A DNA stretch of 64,000 bases from Ruditapes philippinarum (taxonomy: Eukaryota). The stretch lies in the NCBI RefSeq assembly GCF_026571515.1, contig NW_026863180.1:1-64000 (forward strand), in the 5' to 3' direction. Position numbers and translations under genes: made by a program. Under the pieces are notes generated by a model. That model made no database searches, was not told the origin of the DNA, and was given only the letters and a program-made list of their open reading frames with translations. Each line of letters opens with the position of its first letter. Within the stretch, counting starts at the first letter, position 1. Of the stretch, positions 36,771 to 50,140 are shown one piece after another.

Positions 36771-37859
36771 AGTGTGTACCAATTTCGGAACGAATGTGGT
36801 ACATTTTTCATCCGAATATGGTACAAGTTTGTACCATATTTGGTCAGGCATTTTATCCCAAAACTGCAGATACGTATATGGTACAATTAGACAGTTGTAC
36901 CATATTCGGCCGAATATGGTACAAATTTGTACCATATTCGTTTTTGTACCAAATACGGTCCGACATAGCTTTACACCTCTTGTAAATTAATTATAACAAA
37001 AGCAATGTGGCGCATATTTGCGTGATTTTGTAATTTCTAATATTCAAGGTCGTTCATCATCTAGACAATTGAAAAATGTTTCAGCCACCACAGAATAATG
37101 GTTGTTTAGTCTTGTGTATTCTTCAAGCTGTACAATCTTATTATAAAAAGGAAATAAAAGTAAAAATTCTTATATGTCTATTCTTATCCAGCTCATGGGT
37201 CACAAACGTGTCTGTTTAAACGTTCATTTTATCAACAATTTATTCATAACTTTTATTTGATATTACAGACAATTTTTTGCTACATATTTGTAAAAAAAAA
37301 ACAGAACAGTTCGTCCTCAAAATCATTCGGACATTATGCAATTCGCACCAATATTTAAATGGACGTGTTCTCGGCGCAACGGAGATGTTTTTCTTTACGT
37401 CTGTCTTTCTCTTGAATTTTGTTGCGACAAAGATTGAAAAGTCTGATCGAAGCAAAATTTATTGGATAACAAGTGAAATGAAATGGTCGGTATACTTAAA
37501 GACAAACATTTTAGAATTTCAGACATGGCATAACTTTGTACATTTATGCATTAGGTTCTACTTTTTCACAAAAATATGCAACTAAATTATTAAACAACGA
37601 GCACATACCATGAGCATGAAGAAAAGTAATCAATGCTTTGGATATCCAACCTTAATAGAAAACATGTATTTTGTACATCACCTGTGACTGTTCACATCAT
37701 TTGGCGGCGTCTTTGATGTGCAGCATCGACATTTCACTTGTTTCAAATAAGATATTGGAAAATGTATTGCACACAATTGATTTCATTGCGGTATAATCAG
37801 TATAACTCTGATAATGGCGTATCTTTTCTAACACTAGTAAACGAGTTTGTGGTGGTGGT

Positions 37860-38155
37860 GGTGTTGGTACTTTTCATTTCGGATCACGGCAGTAAGCCAC
37901 ATTAAATTTACAAGAGCACAGTTTAGCCATTGCATCGTTCCTGGGCAGGCTGTCAATCAGTTTACCAGTACAAGTTGCCTACACTTAAGCAAGGAACTGA
38001 TTATTTCTGTACATGCAAGAGCAGAGGTACAGTGCGAATGGCCGTAGAAATGATTCCATGATCAATCACGACGAAAGTGACCTGCGCCGTCCGGAATCGA
38101 AACTGGGTCGCCCGATTCACACTTCAACGCCCTACCTTTTGAGCTGATTGGACGC
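37860..38155 (-). mobile_element. Old SINE related to the 26109/29448 family
   Basis: The reverse complement contains CTTTCGTCGTGATTGATCATGGAATCATTTCTACGGCC and a B-box-like GTTTCGATTCC. Confidence 0.6.
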
Positions 38156-38604
38156 TTATAATAAACGTTTTAAGACTGGCAGAAATAAATGCTGCGCGAG
38201 CTTGATCCATTTTGTGACTTCGTTACTTCTGCAAGCACAATCGTATAGAAAATATTTCAAACTATTGCATAAGATTATATTATTACTAAGAATATATACT
38301 TTATGAAAAATGCAGCAAAGGCTAGAAACTATGCCATTGGGGCATTCTGCAACCGTTAAAGACACGGCCATGTGTTTTATATTGCTTCCTCAGCCAATCA
38401 TAATTTTGTATTTTTACAAATTCGCCACACACGTAAGGGATACCTCCAAGCAAAACATGTGCCAGACGTTCACAGGGTTAGTGATAGCGGGGCTGTGTAT
38501 TAAGTGTTGTCTGAATATAACATATTTTTATAGTTTCAAGACTGGAAACAATAGCGCGTCCATAAGTTGTAAATAGTCAATGATCCTTTAAATGCTAAAA
38601 AAAG

Positions 38605-39190
38605 TGAGTAGTGATGGCCTAACTTTTAAAGCGTTTGCTCTCTACCCAGTGATCATGAGTTTGAGTCCTAATCGGGTCACGACTATGCTTCATCATATGA
38701 CACCAGTTGGTTGGTTCCAGTGAGTGGCCTCGAAAGTGATTAATATAATTATGCTGTCAGAACTTGTTTCGCAATCGAGCTTAAATAAACATGATTCACG
38801 TTTGTGACCACTATAGCGCCGGGCTAGCCTTCATTACGTCAGTTACATCTTACCAGACAGCAGCTGTATTTTGATATCAAAATCACTTGAATGAACTATT
38901 TGAAATTGAATCCTTAGAAAATTCATTTTACAAATTAAGCAGCTTATGGGTTTGCAGTGAAAATGTGGCTATTTATCATAATGTACGTGTTAGTTAAAAC
39001 ATATTGTTTAAGCTCGATTGCGAAAAAAGTTCTTGCAACTTATATTGATCACTTTGGAGTCCGCTTCCTGAACCCAACCAGTACTGGTGTCATAGGAAAA
39101 TGCATGGTCTTTCCCCGATCGGGGCTCGAACCCGCGGTCCCTTGGTTGGTTGAAAGACAGACATATGAGTCACTAGGCCACCGCTCACCC
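38605..39190. mobile_element. Two copies of a third tRNA-derived SINE family, tail-to-tail (38605-38790 +, 38995-39190 -)
   Basis: Shared body ...ATGACACCAGT...TCGCAATCGAGCTTAAA; B box GGTTCGAGCCC in the - strand copy. Confidence 0.65.
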
Positions 39191-40335
39191 TATAATTTGA
39201 CATTACATTTTGATTATTGAACTGTTGCAGAGTCCTGCATTAAGCTTTAAGTGTGAGTGCTTTTCTACAGAATATTAAGGGAAAGAAAAATTATGTTAAC
39301 AACATTTTAAGACTTTTCGGTAGTTTTCATACAGACACATAGGCAAACTTAAAACTGTTCAATAGAATTTTATTAAACATTGTCATGTTGTTATAATAAA
39401 AGAAACAATTTAAACGGGAAAAATTATACAGATGGCAGTTCCTGCCTTAATTGATGACACAGGTTAATCAATAACAGTTCAACAGGTTAACTAACGGTTC
39501 AAAAGATCAAAGGTTAATAAGACAAAGAAAATACGGACTGCGATCATTTGGGCATTAATGTACATGTGAACGTCGCTATTTCGGCAATGGCCTCACTTAC
39601 ACACCATACATACTTGATTGAACACACACACGCGCGAAACACTTGTAACGATTATGACATCATTTTGTAAAACAATATTTTAACACCACCTTAATAATCG
39701 CCCTGCATATTCATATTCAATAAATTGTTATCGATTCGAGCACTAGAAATCTAGTGCATTTGTTTATTACATAGTTTATGGCCGAAGTTCCTGTTCTTGG
39801 CCAAAATTCTTATATTCTTCTATGAATAACAATCAGCATAATCGCTTGAGTATCTGCGCTTGGGTATCTGAATAGTGTTGACTCGATACTGAATAAAATA
39901 GGTTCAATTATTTTACATATCAAACAGACTCTTTAATTAATTCCAGTGGCTTTTCTTGAACACCATACATCGTTTCCATTAGTGACCGAGATTTACGAAA
40001 TTCTCGTGCTGAAATTGTATACACAAATGAGTAAGGCAAAGGCTATTTTTCTTTGTTTTTGGTCAGAAGAATGGACAGTTAAGTTTTCGCCTGTGCATAA
40101 TATACATTGTATCTGGTAATACATATATATATATACTGCCATATTAACAGGCAGCGCGACATATACAAATGTACAGAAATAATTAAAAATAATGTATTTT
40201 ATTTGGCCTTAATACTAAAAATAGATTGTAAAATCGTGTCCAGAAACAAATGAACTACATTACCGGGCCTGAATTTTGATTTTCACTTATTTAGTGAGTG
40301 GTGTGTATCAGCGTTCGTGCAGTTGATACGAAAAG

Positions 40336-43300
40336 ATGACTTACTTAAAATCTTGTATGATTTTTATTTTGTTGTCGAAGTTTGTTGAAACAAAGATATC
40401 TCCAGATGTAAGATGTGCTGTGAATGGGGACGTGTATCTCCGAAAGAGCTCGCAAGGATCGAACTTGACGTCCAGGAGCTTGGAATATATATTTGCCAGC
40501 TCAGAGAAAACGGTCTGTGACCATCAAGTAGCAGGAGATGTTTTAAAGATACATGGATGTGTGCAGGTATATTTTTCCAAATTGCTTTACAAATATATTT
40601 TTTGGATTTTCAAAAGATTTAAGGTCTCAAATATGAGTTGAATCATTCGTGCTAGTTTTAATATCAGCTGTTCATTTATTCTGCTGAATGTCGTGTTACT
40701 TTTCATATCAGTTGTTCATTTATTCTGTAACGAATGTCGTGCTTAATGTCGTGCATGTTTTTATATCAACTGTTTATTTATTCTGTAACGAATGCGGTGC
40801 TGAATGTCGTGCCAGTTTCTATATTCACTGTCCAGTTATCCTGTTACGAATATCGTGCTGAAAGTCGTGCTAGCTCACGTATCAACTGGTCAATTATACT
40901 GTTACGGGTGTCGTGCTGTCGTGTGATGTCGTGAACGCCACTAGGCTCTACACGTCAGTTCAACCGTCAATAACCTTACTGTTGTGCCAGCAAAACAATC
41001 TCTATGTCGGCATTGAGAAAAAGAATGTCATGTTCAACTCTTACGTAATTCACGGAATTGTATTAAAAAGCTATGCGAAGCAAAATCATTAAATTTATTA
41101 TTAAGTAACTGTTTTAGTCAGAAAACGGTCCATAACTCAGGAACATAAAAAGTTGCAGTTATAAATGTACTCCATCATGTATCAGACATTACAAAAAAAA
41201 TACATATAACATTTTTATTGTCCACGAAAATGTCGCATATACTAATATAACTATATACTTTTTACTTTACATTAGTAAAGGTGAATTCCATTCGAAATCG
41301 TGTTGATCACTGAAGTGCAAGATCTGTTTGCCATGCTTCATGTTTTCTTTACTTTTTTTTTATATATTTGTGCAAATTTATAAGTTTTGAAACTAAACTT
41401 TATGATGGAAATTAACTCAAAACAGAAACCTGACTTTCTAAAGGAGAAAACTGATATGAATATGACATTCTGATGCCAGAGTTGTCTCCCTTCTAATAAA
41501 CTGCATTAATGAATACAGGATTTCGCGTAATGTGTATTATATTAACCAACTAAATACTTGTTGCGTACTTGCTTAGTTTATATATGGAATTGATGGAGGT
41601 AAATCTGCGAGCCAATGAGAAAATTTTATTCTCAAGAGCAATGTATGAAATTTTAATAGAAATCTCATGTGTGCTAAGTTTTCTGTACAGCATTAGCTAT
41701 CGGTAAATTGTTTTATTGTCTATTTCTTGGTAAATTTTTATTCCGCCTTGATCATGCATAGCTTCATATTTCCCCCATTTCTTTCTTTCTTTCTTTCTTT
41801 CATTCTTTTTGTCTTTGACTTTTATCTGTAGACGTAAATACAATTTTTTTAATAAAATTACCAATACCTAATAACTGTAGAAAGTTTGAAAAGTATATAA
41901 AAATGCTATTATTAACTATGTATAAAATACCGACAGTCATTTTTTGCAAATATTTAAGTCAAAAAGTAAAAATTAAAATCGTTTCTTGTACAAGTTTTAA
42001 TGATTATTTTTTTCAGCCAGGTGTTTCTTCACACGTGGACGTTTTCCTGCATGGCGGCTCAGATTCTAGCTTACATATTTACAGAATAAATTGCTTACCT
42101 CTAGTGAGTACTCGTCACCATGAAACTTACCAAGCTGCTGATCTAAGCGGGAAAGATAGCGAATATCTTACTTACCAAGAACCTATTGTTGGCCAACGTC
42201 GTCGTAAAGATGTCTCGGGTGATGTTAACGCGGGGAATGACGACGACGACGATATAAAGAACCTCCAGACGTCGGTCTCGTTTGAAGTGAAGCTCAACTT
42301 CAGCAGTAACGGTATGGGCAATCTTTAACCTTTCTAAATCTGTGACATGTTCAGCTTGAATTTGGACTATTTTATTGATAGTAATTTCATGGTTGTCTTT
42401 TTAAGGAATTTTTATATTAACATGTACAATTAAAGCTTTGAGGATTTGAGTGTTGTAATATAAGCTTATAACTTCCACACAATCGAACCAAAATAAAAAA
42501 TTATAAACTAACTACTTAAATAAAAGCTCAATTTGAGTAGACTGTTAATACAAGGAAACCCCCCTAAATTTTTCTTGGTATGTTCCTTATTTAAAGCTGG
42601 ACGAATCCATTACATGAATGTAGTATGTATCGCTAGATTATTGAACTATTGAGCAAGTCGTTCCATTCAGAAAATAAGATACATGTTTTTTACAACTGCC
42701 GTATGATTATTGTCAACCTTGAAACGTCAAGCGACTAAGTCCAGCCCCTCTTCTCGAACAAGGCTGTGAACTGGACAAAAAATTCAATGTGCATTACAAG
42801 TGGATTAACTGATGTTTGAAAAGGTTAGTTTTCTATGTGACCAGGTAAAAGAGAGAAATAGTAAAATATTGGGTTAGACAGAGTACTGAGAAATCCCATG
42901 CCTTGTTCCCGACCTGGGTGATAATTATGTTAGACATATGTAACTCAACCTGGTCACACTGCATAGATATTATGATGACAAAGTATTATCACTTAAAGGA
43001 TAAGCATCGAGGACCAGACAATAATATAATCATTTGAGCCATGTCACGACAAAACCTACATAATGGGTTTGCGACCAGCTTGGATCGAAACCAGCCTGCG
43101 CATCCGCGCAGTCTGATCAGGACCCATGCTGTTCGCTATCATTTTCTTTACTTGTAATAGGGTTTGTAAGCGAACAGCATGGATCTTGATCAGACGGCGC
43201 GGATGCGCAGGCTGGTCTGGATCCAAGCTGGTCGCAAACCCATTATGTTGGTTTTGTCTTGACACGGCTCATTTTAAGTTGATAATCGATTGATTTTATA

Positions 43301-46300
43301 TCTACATGTATATGATTTTTGGCGGGTAAAAATATTCAATGATTTCTTTTCTTTCTTTTCAGATGAAATTTCCATCGCCTGCAATCCAGACAACCTTGGT
43401 ATTTTGTACGTCAGTAACCCTGACCCAGATCAACTGATTTACGTTGTATCATTTTCCGAATTGACAAAACAAAAATGCAATTCTGAGTTCCTGGAAGGTA
43501 GACGTTTTGTTGCCGTCGGCGGATGTAGTTTGGTAAGCTGTTTAACCCATTACCCTGCTGAATTATTAAAATAGACTCATCCAGCGTCCATTCTGGAACA
43601 GTCCATATCAATTGCGGGGATATCAAGAGATGAGTTCGATTTCAATTCTATTCGTTTATTCATTGAAATCACATTTTCATATGAATATAAACAGCTAACA
43701 AAACAACAATATCTTCACCAAACATAGGTCATAAGATATTACGTGAACAATTACAAGATTGATACAATTTCAATACTTAATGAGTTACGCTATATGCCAT
43801 TGTTGTTATACTGCTGTAAAGTAGAAAATAACGAAATGAGAGAATGATGTCAAAATGTGACGTTTGTCTGGAAAATGTATAGAGTGCCTAAAATAATGCA
43901 AGAGAAGTGCGGGTGGATTAGGGTCACCTTATTTCTTTCACCTCCAGTTAAGCTGAAAACTCCTTATGACATTGTGTCTGTGAGATTCGATTTATTGTGC
44001 AAGTGTATGTTGAACAACACTTTGCAGATCCGAATTTTAATGCTTCCCGGACAAAATATAATTTAATTGTCCGTCCGTATGAGGTTAACCTTAACCGACA
44101 TGTTGGATATATCCTAAGTTCTAAAAATACCATTTGCTTTATAATACATGATTTTGGCAAAATACATAAATATGGCTTTCACCTCCCTTCCCTCCCCCCA
44201 CCCCGCGCCCCAAATTATTTCCCTTTATCACATTCTGGTATGACAAACCTATTAAGGTTAGTCGGATCTGTCTTAAGTTTCTCCTATTGACCGATATCTT
44301 CCATATTTTTTATGAAAATCAATAGATCACTGAGGTCAAGGTCACTGGTGCTAAAATATATATTTTACTCTATTTCCTTTACAGACTTTTTATTCACTTA
44401 CACGTCCTGTAGGGACATATAGCTTTGGGTGAAGTTTATGGTCACCGAGTTCAAGGTCACCGATGCTTGTAATATTTTTTTACAATATTGCTTCTTTAGC
44501 ATTTATTTATTGACTTGTGTCTCTTATATACTCGGTTCCAAAAGAAAGTGTTCACTTTTAAATATTAAATATTTAGAAAATTAGCAGACGTTTCTTTTGC
44601 AAATTTGGCATTGTTAGTCCTAAGTACACAATACATCAATCCAATGTAAAACCTATCCCGTGCTGGCACGGAATTTTCGCTTTATATGGCAATGCATAAT
44701 ATAGCATAATTTGCACGTGCAGTCCGAGGCGAAGGTACATGTCATAGGAACTGTGTATAGAAATAATCCTTATACCCACTACATAGGGAAAAAACACATT
44801 TGATTTCACAGCGCTTGCCACTGAACATGCCTAGACTGAATCAAAATCAGGGAATTCAAGCATTAACGATGCTTGCTCGTGGCGACAACGTCTCCAACGT
44901 CAGTAGAGCGTTCGGTTGTCACAGAAACACAATTTTTCGGTTGCGCCAGCGTTTCCAGCAAACAGACGGGATAGCAGATCGCCCTAGACCCGGTAGACCG
45001 AGGGTTACAAACCCTTGAACGGACAGGTTCATTACGTTGACGCACCCTCGACGTCGTTTTCAAACGGCGACAAGTTCTGCAAGGCAGTGTGGTATCAGGA
45101 AACAGACAGTGTTGCGCCGCCTCAGGCAAGCCCGGCAACCAATTCGGCCGAGGAGGCCCTGTGTGGGACAAGTGCTTACAGCACGTCATCGAGCTGCCCG
45201 TTTGCAGTGGGCACAACCAGGGGCGTACCTAGAGGTATTTGAAGAATACGCCTATAAAAGTTGGGGGCCAGGGGGCCGCTAGGGCCCCCGGTGGGTCGAG
45301 GGCAAAGCCCTGGCCAGGGGTTCAGGGGGCCGGAGGCCCCCGAAAAAATTTGATTAAGTATCATTTTAAAAGGCTGAAATGCCATAAAATAGCTTCTCAA
45401 ATGTCTTTCCCTGACTAAAACTTAACCAATATAAAAAACTCAAAAGTAATAAACGTATGACAACAAACGATTAGATTTTATTCCTTCTTCATTACTATTT
45501 ACTATATATTAATTCATTCATTCTTTTTTATTATAATTTTTATGTTTTTATTTATTTATTTATTCATTTACATCTCTATTATAATCTACACTTTAAATAT
45601 CAAAGCCAGTCTTCTTTCTTTTTTAGCCGCAAAAATATCGACAATACGTTCAGCATCAAGCTTCTTTTCCTGGTAAATGTTCAGAAGTCCCAAGCCGGAC
45701 AGCCTCTCAGTTGTCATGGTTGACCTGAGGTATGATTTAACTCTACGCATTGTAGAGAACAATCTCTCTGCAGTAGCGGTAGAGACCGGGACTACCATAA
45801 GAAGTGCCAAGCATTTCCTGATACTTGGATACAATGCTTCACTTGTAACTTTTAATGAATCCGTTTTCTGGAGTCGTTTCTCGTTGGGCAGTTAGTGTTG
45901 GATCAGTCCACCACGTCCTCCACAAGACACATTCACGGAGGAATGTATCTTCGTCAACAATTTTACATCCAAGCATGTCTGTAGACCCCTGTATAGTTCT
46001 CAGCACTGTAATACAGGAAGACCAGACTTTGAAACCTATAAAATAATCGATAATTTCAATATTACAATTTAAGCAAAGAATCAATTCTTTAAATGAAATA
46101 ATGTTAAAAGAAGAATTCATCGTTATATATGTAGTAGTAATGGATTCAATGAGCATTTTCAAATATGCAGTACATGTCTTAGTTATCAAGAATAAAGTTG
46201 ATTTAAACATGTTTACAAATTATCATGAAAGCTTCTATATAATGTGATAAAGTATTTGTCAAAATATATGTCGACATACAATTTCTCTCAGCATCACTCA

Positions 46301-49300
46301 GTACTGTTTACGGAAGCGTATCAGGGCCTTCACTTATCTAAAAGTTTCACGTCATGTCAACTCGTTACTTCTCGTTTTGACCAAAAACATTCCATGAAGA
46401 CGTTATGATTAATACGTAATACATAAAACATTCCACGAAAACGTTATGATTAATACGTAATACGTAGAAGTTTTTAATCATTGCAAAAAAAACTTTGCTG
46501 AATTACGTGTTCTATTTGTCAATGCGAGTAACGTCTTTGCGTCTTACTAAATATTTCAGCAAAGTCGTGAAATCAAGAAGTTTCGACAGGATTTTTGTCG
46601 AAGAGACAAACGTTACAAGCATATCGAGAAAATTCAGTTGCAATGTCTAAAAGCTTCTCATCTTTGTCAGTAAATTTTATTGAGAAATGCAAAAACATCT
46701 TAGCAATGCGAATAAAAATAAGTCGACTTAGCGCAAAACATTTCACCAACTGTAGGCCCTGATACGCTTCCGTAACTGTTAACACAACGAAACATATAAA
46801 ATGCCCAATTTCATACAATATTTTTTATTAAAATGCTAACTGGAGAGATACTGGGTTTTATTGGTGAATTAAAATCCACATCACCAACAGTATAATTATC
46901 ATTCACACTGTGACCGAACTTGTTTTGGTGTACGCTTCAATTTTCATGATTTCAAAAAATTTGTAAATTAACTTGTTAATGGTACGGAAGCTTATCAGGG
47001 CCTACAGTTGATAAGATGTTTTACGCTAAGTTACCTTATTTTTATTCGCATTGATAAGATGTTTTTGAATTTCTCAATAAAATTTACTGACAAAGATGAG
47101 AAGATTTAAGGCATTGCAACTGAACTTTTCTCGATATGCTCTCCGACAAAAATCCTGTCGAAGCTTCGTGATTTCACGACCTTGCTGAAATATTTAGTAA
47201 GACGCAATGACGTTTACTCGCATTGACAAATAGCTCAGGTAATTCAACAAAAGTTTTTTGGGAATGATTAAAAACTTCTACGTATTACGTATTTATCATA
47301 TAACGTCTTCATGGAATGTTTTTGGTCAAAACAAGAAGAAACAAGTTGACGTGACGTAAAACTTTTACATACGTGGGGGCCCTGATAAGCTTCGGTAATC
47401 GATTCAAATGTCATTATTTCTCTAAAAAAGTTAAACGTTTCACCACAATGTTAACTATAAGCTTTATTTCGTTTGTTTGAATAGCGTTTTTCGCACATTG
47501 AATGTCTGACGAGCGTCGTTCAAATCAGTAATTGAAAATTGAGTTTTTTCTACATTTTAAGGCATCTTGAAAAGAAAATGTGTTAGTTTCTAATGAATAT
47601 GCTATTTATCACACATAAAAGTGAAAAAATATTCCCATTTTCACACGTGCTATATTGCAATTTTCTGATTTCTGAAAATAGAAAACACGGGACACAAAAG
47701 ACCCCATCCAGCTTCACAGAATAACTCAGCCAGATATAAGACGTAAACCAATTAAGCCGGTTGTTGCGTCCTAAATCTTCCACTAGCATACCTGAATGTT
47801 AAAAAATTATTGAGAGTAAAATTTTTTTACCGAATTATAAAACTAAAAAAAGACAAGAATGTCATTGAAAATTAAAATTATCATATTAAGATCTAAATTC
47901 TACTTATGCAAAATAAATTTGTATTTAAAAAAAATATAATAAAGAAAAAAAATCACGCAGAAAGGTTTTGAACTGACAGCTGAATTCTTTGTTAACCACT
48001 GAGCTATATAGCCATTAATATAATTCGGTTGATATTAAGTATATAATATTATATAGTCGTCAGATGACATTAAAATATTCGGCCGTATATTAATGTAATT
48101 GTTCTCCATACATGTTAGGCCACGCTAATCATTTAAATCTCAAATGAATATTTTTACGCGATAATTTGGATAAAGCTACTTTTTGATTATTTATATAATT
48201 CTAGGTAGAATGAAAAGCTAGAATCTACCTTGATGGGAATATAAAGGCCTGCACATCATTCCATGGTTGAGTCAAAAGAACGAGCTTCTTGTTAACTTCT
48301 TTGAATCTTTCTCCATCTCCAAAAGGATGAGGATAGGGCGGAATAAAATCTCCATCTTTAAAAGACATTTTAAAATTCCCGCCTTGAAAACTTGTAGCGC
48401 TAAACATTCATTCGGATCCCGAATAGAAACAACGATAAAAATCATCCTCGCTAGAGTTGCTTCCCGTTGACAAAGTAGAACTGCCGAGTACCGTATTTAC
48501 GGTATAAACCGTATTTACGGTATAAGGCTACTTGAAATCTATACGTTTATTTCTTACTTCACAGGATCGATCTAGTCAGTTTTGATCGATTCGAGTAAGC
48601 TAAAATTTCAAAGGACCTACACTATGCCCCTTGATTTTTATTCCATTTTTGGAATTTTTAACTTTATAAATTTTTTGAATTTTGCTTGAATTTATACGCC
48701 CGGGCGTATTGGCGTATCGGTAGGTACGCCCCTGACAACGTCATTTCCGTTGGGGGTGACCTAGTACATTCTCGAGACAAAATTGTATCCTAATGACACT
48801 GGAATTTAAAGTTTATGTTATACTATGTTGGTTTTGTCATGACACGGCTCATTTCATGAATGTCTTGGAGGTCTGAAACTGTTCAAGGCTAACATCTCTT
48901 TTTGTTTAATCCTACATCATCCAGACTCTTGTGTAATGTTAAGCGGTGTGTTGTTCTACTGACAGTCCTTGTTAATGAATGTATGCTTATACAAATCAAA
49001 AACTTATAAACTTTACAAGTCGTCAACAAATTGAATCAATTTTTATTCACAAAGTAAGGATTATCGTGTTTTCCTTTGGTGTAAGTTACAATTTTTTTTT
49101 CTTTTTCAGAATTTTCCAATCACCATTTCATTCAATAGCAATGATCTTTCATCGGTCATTGGAGGCGCTTATTTCAAGGTTTATAACGTCACGTGCTCGG
49201 ATAAGGCTTCCGTAGCACGTGGTAATGTCTTCCCAGACAGATATAACACACCGGGAAGCCACGGTACTGATCAATGTAGATATTCATTCTTTGTTACCAT

Positions 49301-49340
49301 GGTGATGTTGGCAATAACGTTGATGAACCAACTTATTTAA
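40336..49340 (+). CDS. Secreted, possibly GPI-anchored protein with two 4-Cys ZP-N-like modules (308 aa)
   Basis: GT-AG exons 40336-40566, 42017-42311, 43363-43532 and 49110-49340 join in frame (927 nt). Signal-peptide-like N-terminus MTYLKSCMIFILLSKFVET, two modules of 4 Cys each, and a hydrophobic C-terminus YSFFVTMVMLAITLMNQLI*. Confidence 0.72.
43036..43270. mobile_element. Fold-back MITE (Sola-type; family of 24908-25141)
   Basis: GAG...CTC termini, long TIRs, TSD ATTT. Confidence 0.85.
45218..48734 (-). mobile_element. Internally deleted hAT5-type transposon (P52rIPK/ZMYM1-like transposase remnants)
   Basis: 14-bp TIR CAGGGGCGTACCTA and 5-bp TSD ACAAC (45213-45217, 48735-48739). TTF-type Zn-finger exon (WLSYSVKLDGVFCVPCFLF, ~47690-47790) and hAT dimerisation domain (PVSTATAERLFSTMRRVKSYLRSTM, 45586-45834). 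Confidence 0.9.
46309..47397. mobile_element. Two inverted copies of a ~0.45-kb MITE (46309-46774 and 46983-47397), IS3EU-like ends
   Basis: TIR TACGGAAGCKTATCAGGGCC. The first copy is flanked by the 6-bp TSD ACTGTT (46303-46308, 46775-46780). The two bodies are reverse complements of each other. Confidence 0.75.
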
Positions 49341-49939
49341 ACAGGAAACAGACGAACCGGAAATTCTCTCACACGGCGCATATGTAAAAAAATCATCTTT
49401 TGAATTAATAGCTCATATGCAATATTTTGAATAAAGACAAATGTATAAGACATTCGTTGTAATTTGAACAGTTTGATTTATAAATGTGCGTTTTTTGTAC
49501 ACTTATACCTATACAAAATTTTGGGGAGTTACAATTGAACTTGATAGTGCTTTATTCATGTTATCAATACTTGATGACACTAGTTAGATATGCTTTCTAT
49601 CTAAATACACGTATTAAAATATCGCGAGCAATATACATGTATGTCTTTTCATTCATTCCTTAAAGGTTTTTCTAAAAGATCAAAAGATGTACTATTTACT
49701 CAGTGTTTTGTTTACAAATAAAGAAATTTGTAAGAATATTATGAATGTACTTGTATTTAATTGGGGTAGATTTTTCTCGGCAAGTTAGGTAAGATCCAGA
49801 AAGGCGACAAGTGTGATGTGTTCATCGTGTTTTGGATCAAGACAATGGCCATATATAAATTTTATTGTATATCTTCAACGTAACGAAAGGTTGTGTAATT
49901 TAGTCAGCAACGTCATTCTGTCTATACAACACATGTATT

Positions 49940-50140
49940 CCTTCCGCTGTGGGTTCGAATCCCTAGTAGGTCTTTGGATTTATCCATTTGAGGAAGCTAT
50001 CCAGCTAGCTTTTGAAACGTAGGTGGTTCTATTCAGAGGCCTGAAATAATACACGGAATGACACCCAAGGTCTTCTTTCATCAATAAAACTTTGGAGTCG
50101 CCATATGGCCTATACTGTGTTGGCACGACGTAAAACACAA
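49940..50140 (+). mobile_element. Diverged SINE (family of 15986-16267)
   Basis: CGCTGTGGGTTCGAATCCC...GAGGAAGCTATCCAGCTAGCTT...GGTGGTTCTA. Confidence 0.8.

Larger units (their letters stand above)
25650..36965 (+). mobile_element. Ginger-like (integrase-type) DNA transposon with nested insertions
   Basis: ~70-bp TIRs TGTYGGACCGTATTTGGTACAAAAACGAATATGGTACAAA... at 25650 and ending at 36965. Subterminal AATATGGTACA repeats. Flanking direct repeat TAGCTTT (25643-25649, 36966-36972). Contains an rve-type integrase gene with no RT and no LTRs. Confidence 0.8.
44529..48760 (+). mobile_element. Truncated Tc1/mariner transposon split by a hAT insertion
   Basis: Paired-like HTH transposase N-terminus from the ATG at 44827 (VSRAFGCHRNTIFRLRQRFQQTDGIADRPRPGRPRVT...LTARHRAARLQWAQ) resumes as RHFRWG at 48740. 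One internal stop; no DDE domain or right TIR found. Confidence 0.85.

Noticed and set aside
25650-36965. Polinton/Maverick interpretation of the integrase + protease element
   Set aside because: No DNA polymerase B, packaging ATPase or capsid remnants are seen; the termini are TGT..ACA rather than AG..CT, and the protease is OTU-type.
35129-36990. Poly-Met, poly-His, poly-Ile and poly-Ser ORFs
   Set aside because: Translations of an (ATG)n microsatellite, N gaps and TIR repeats.
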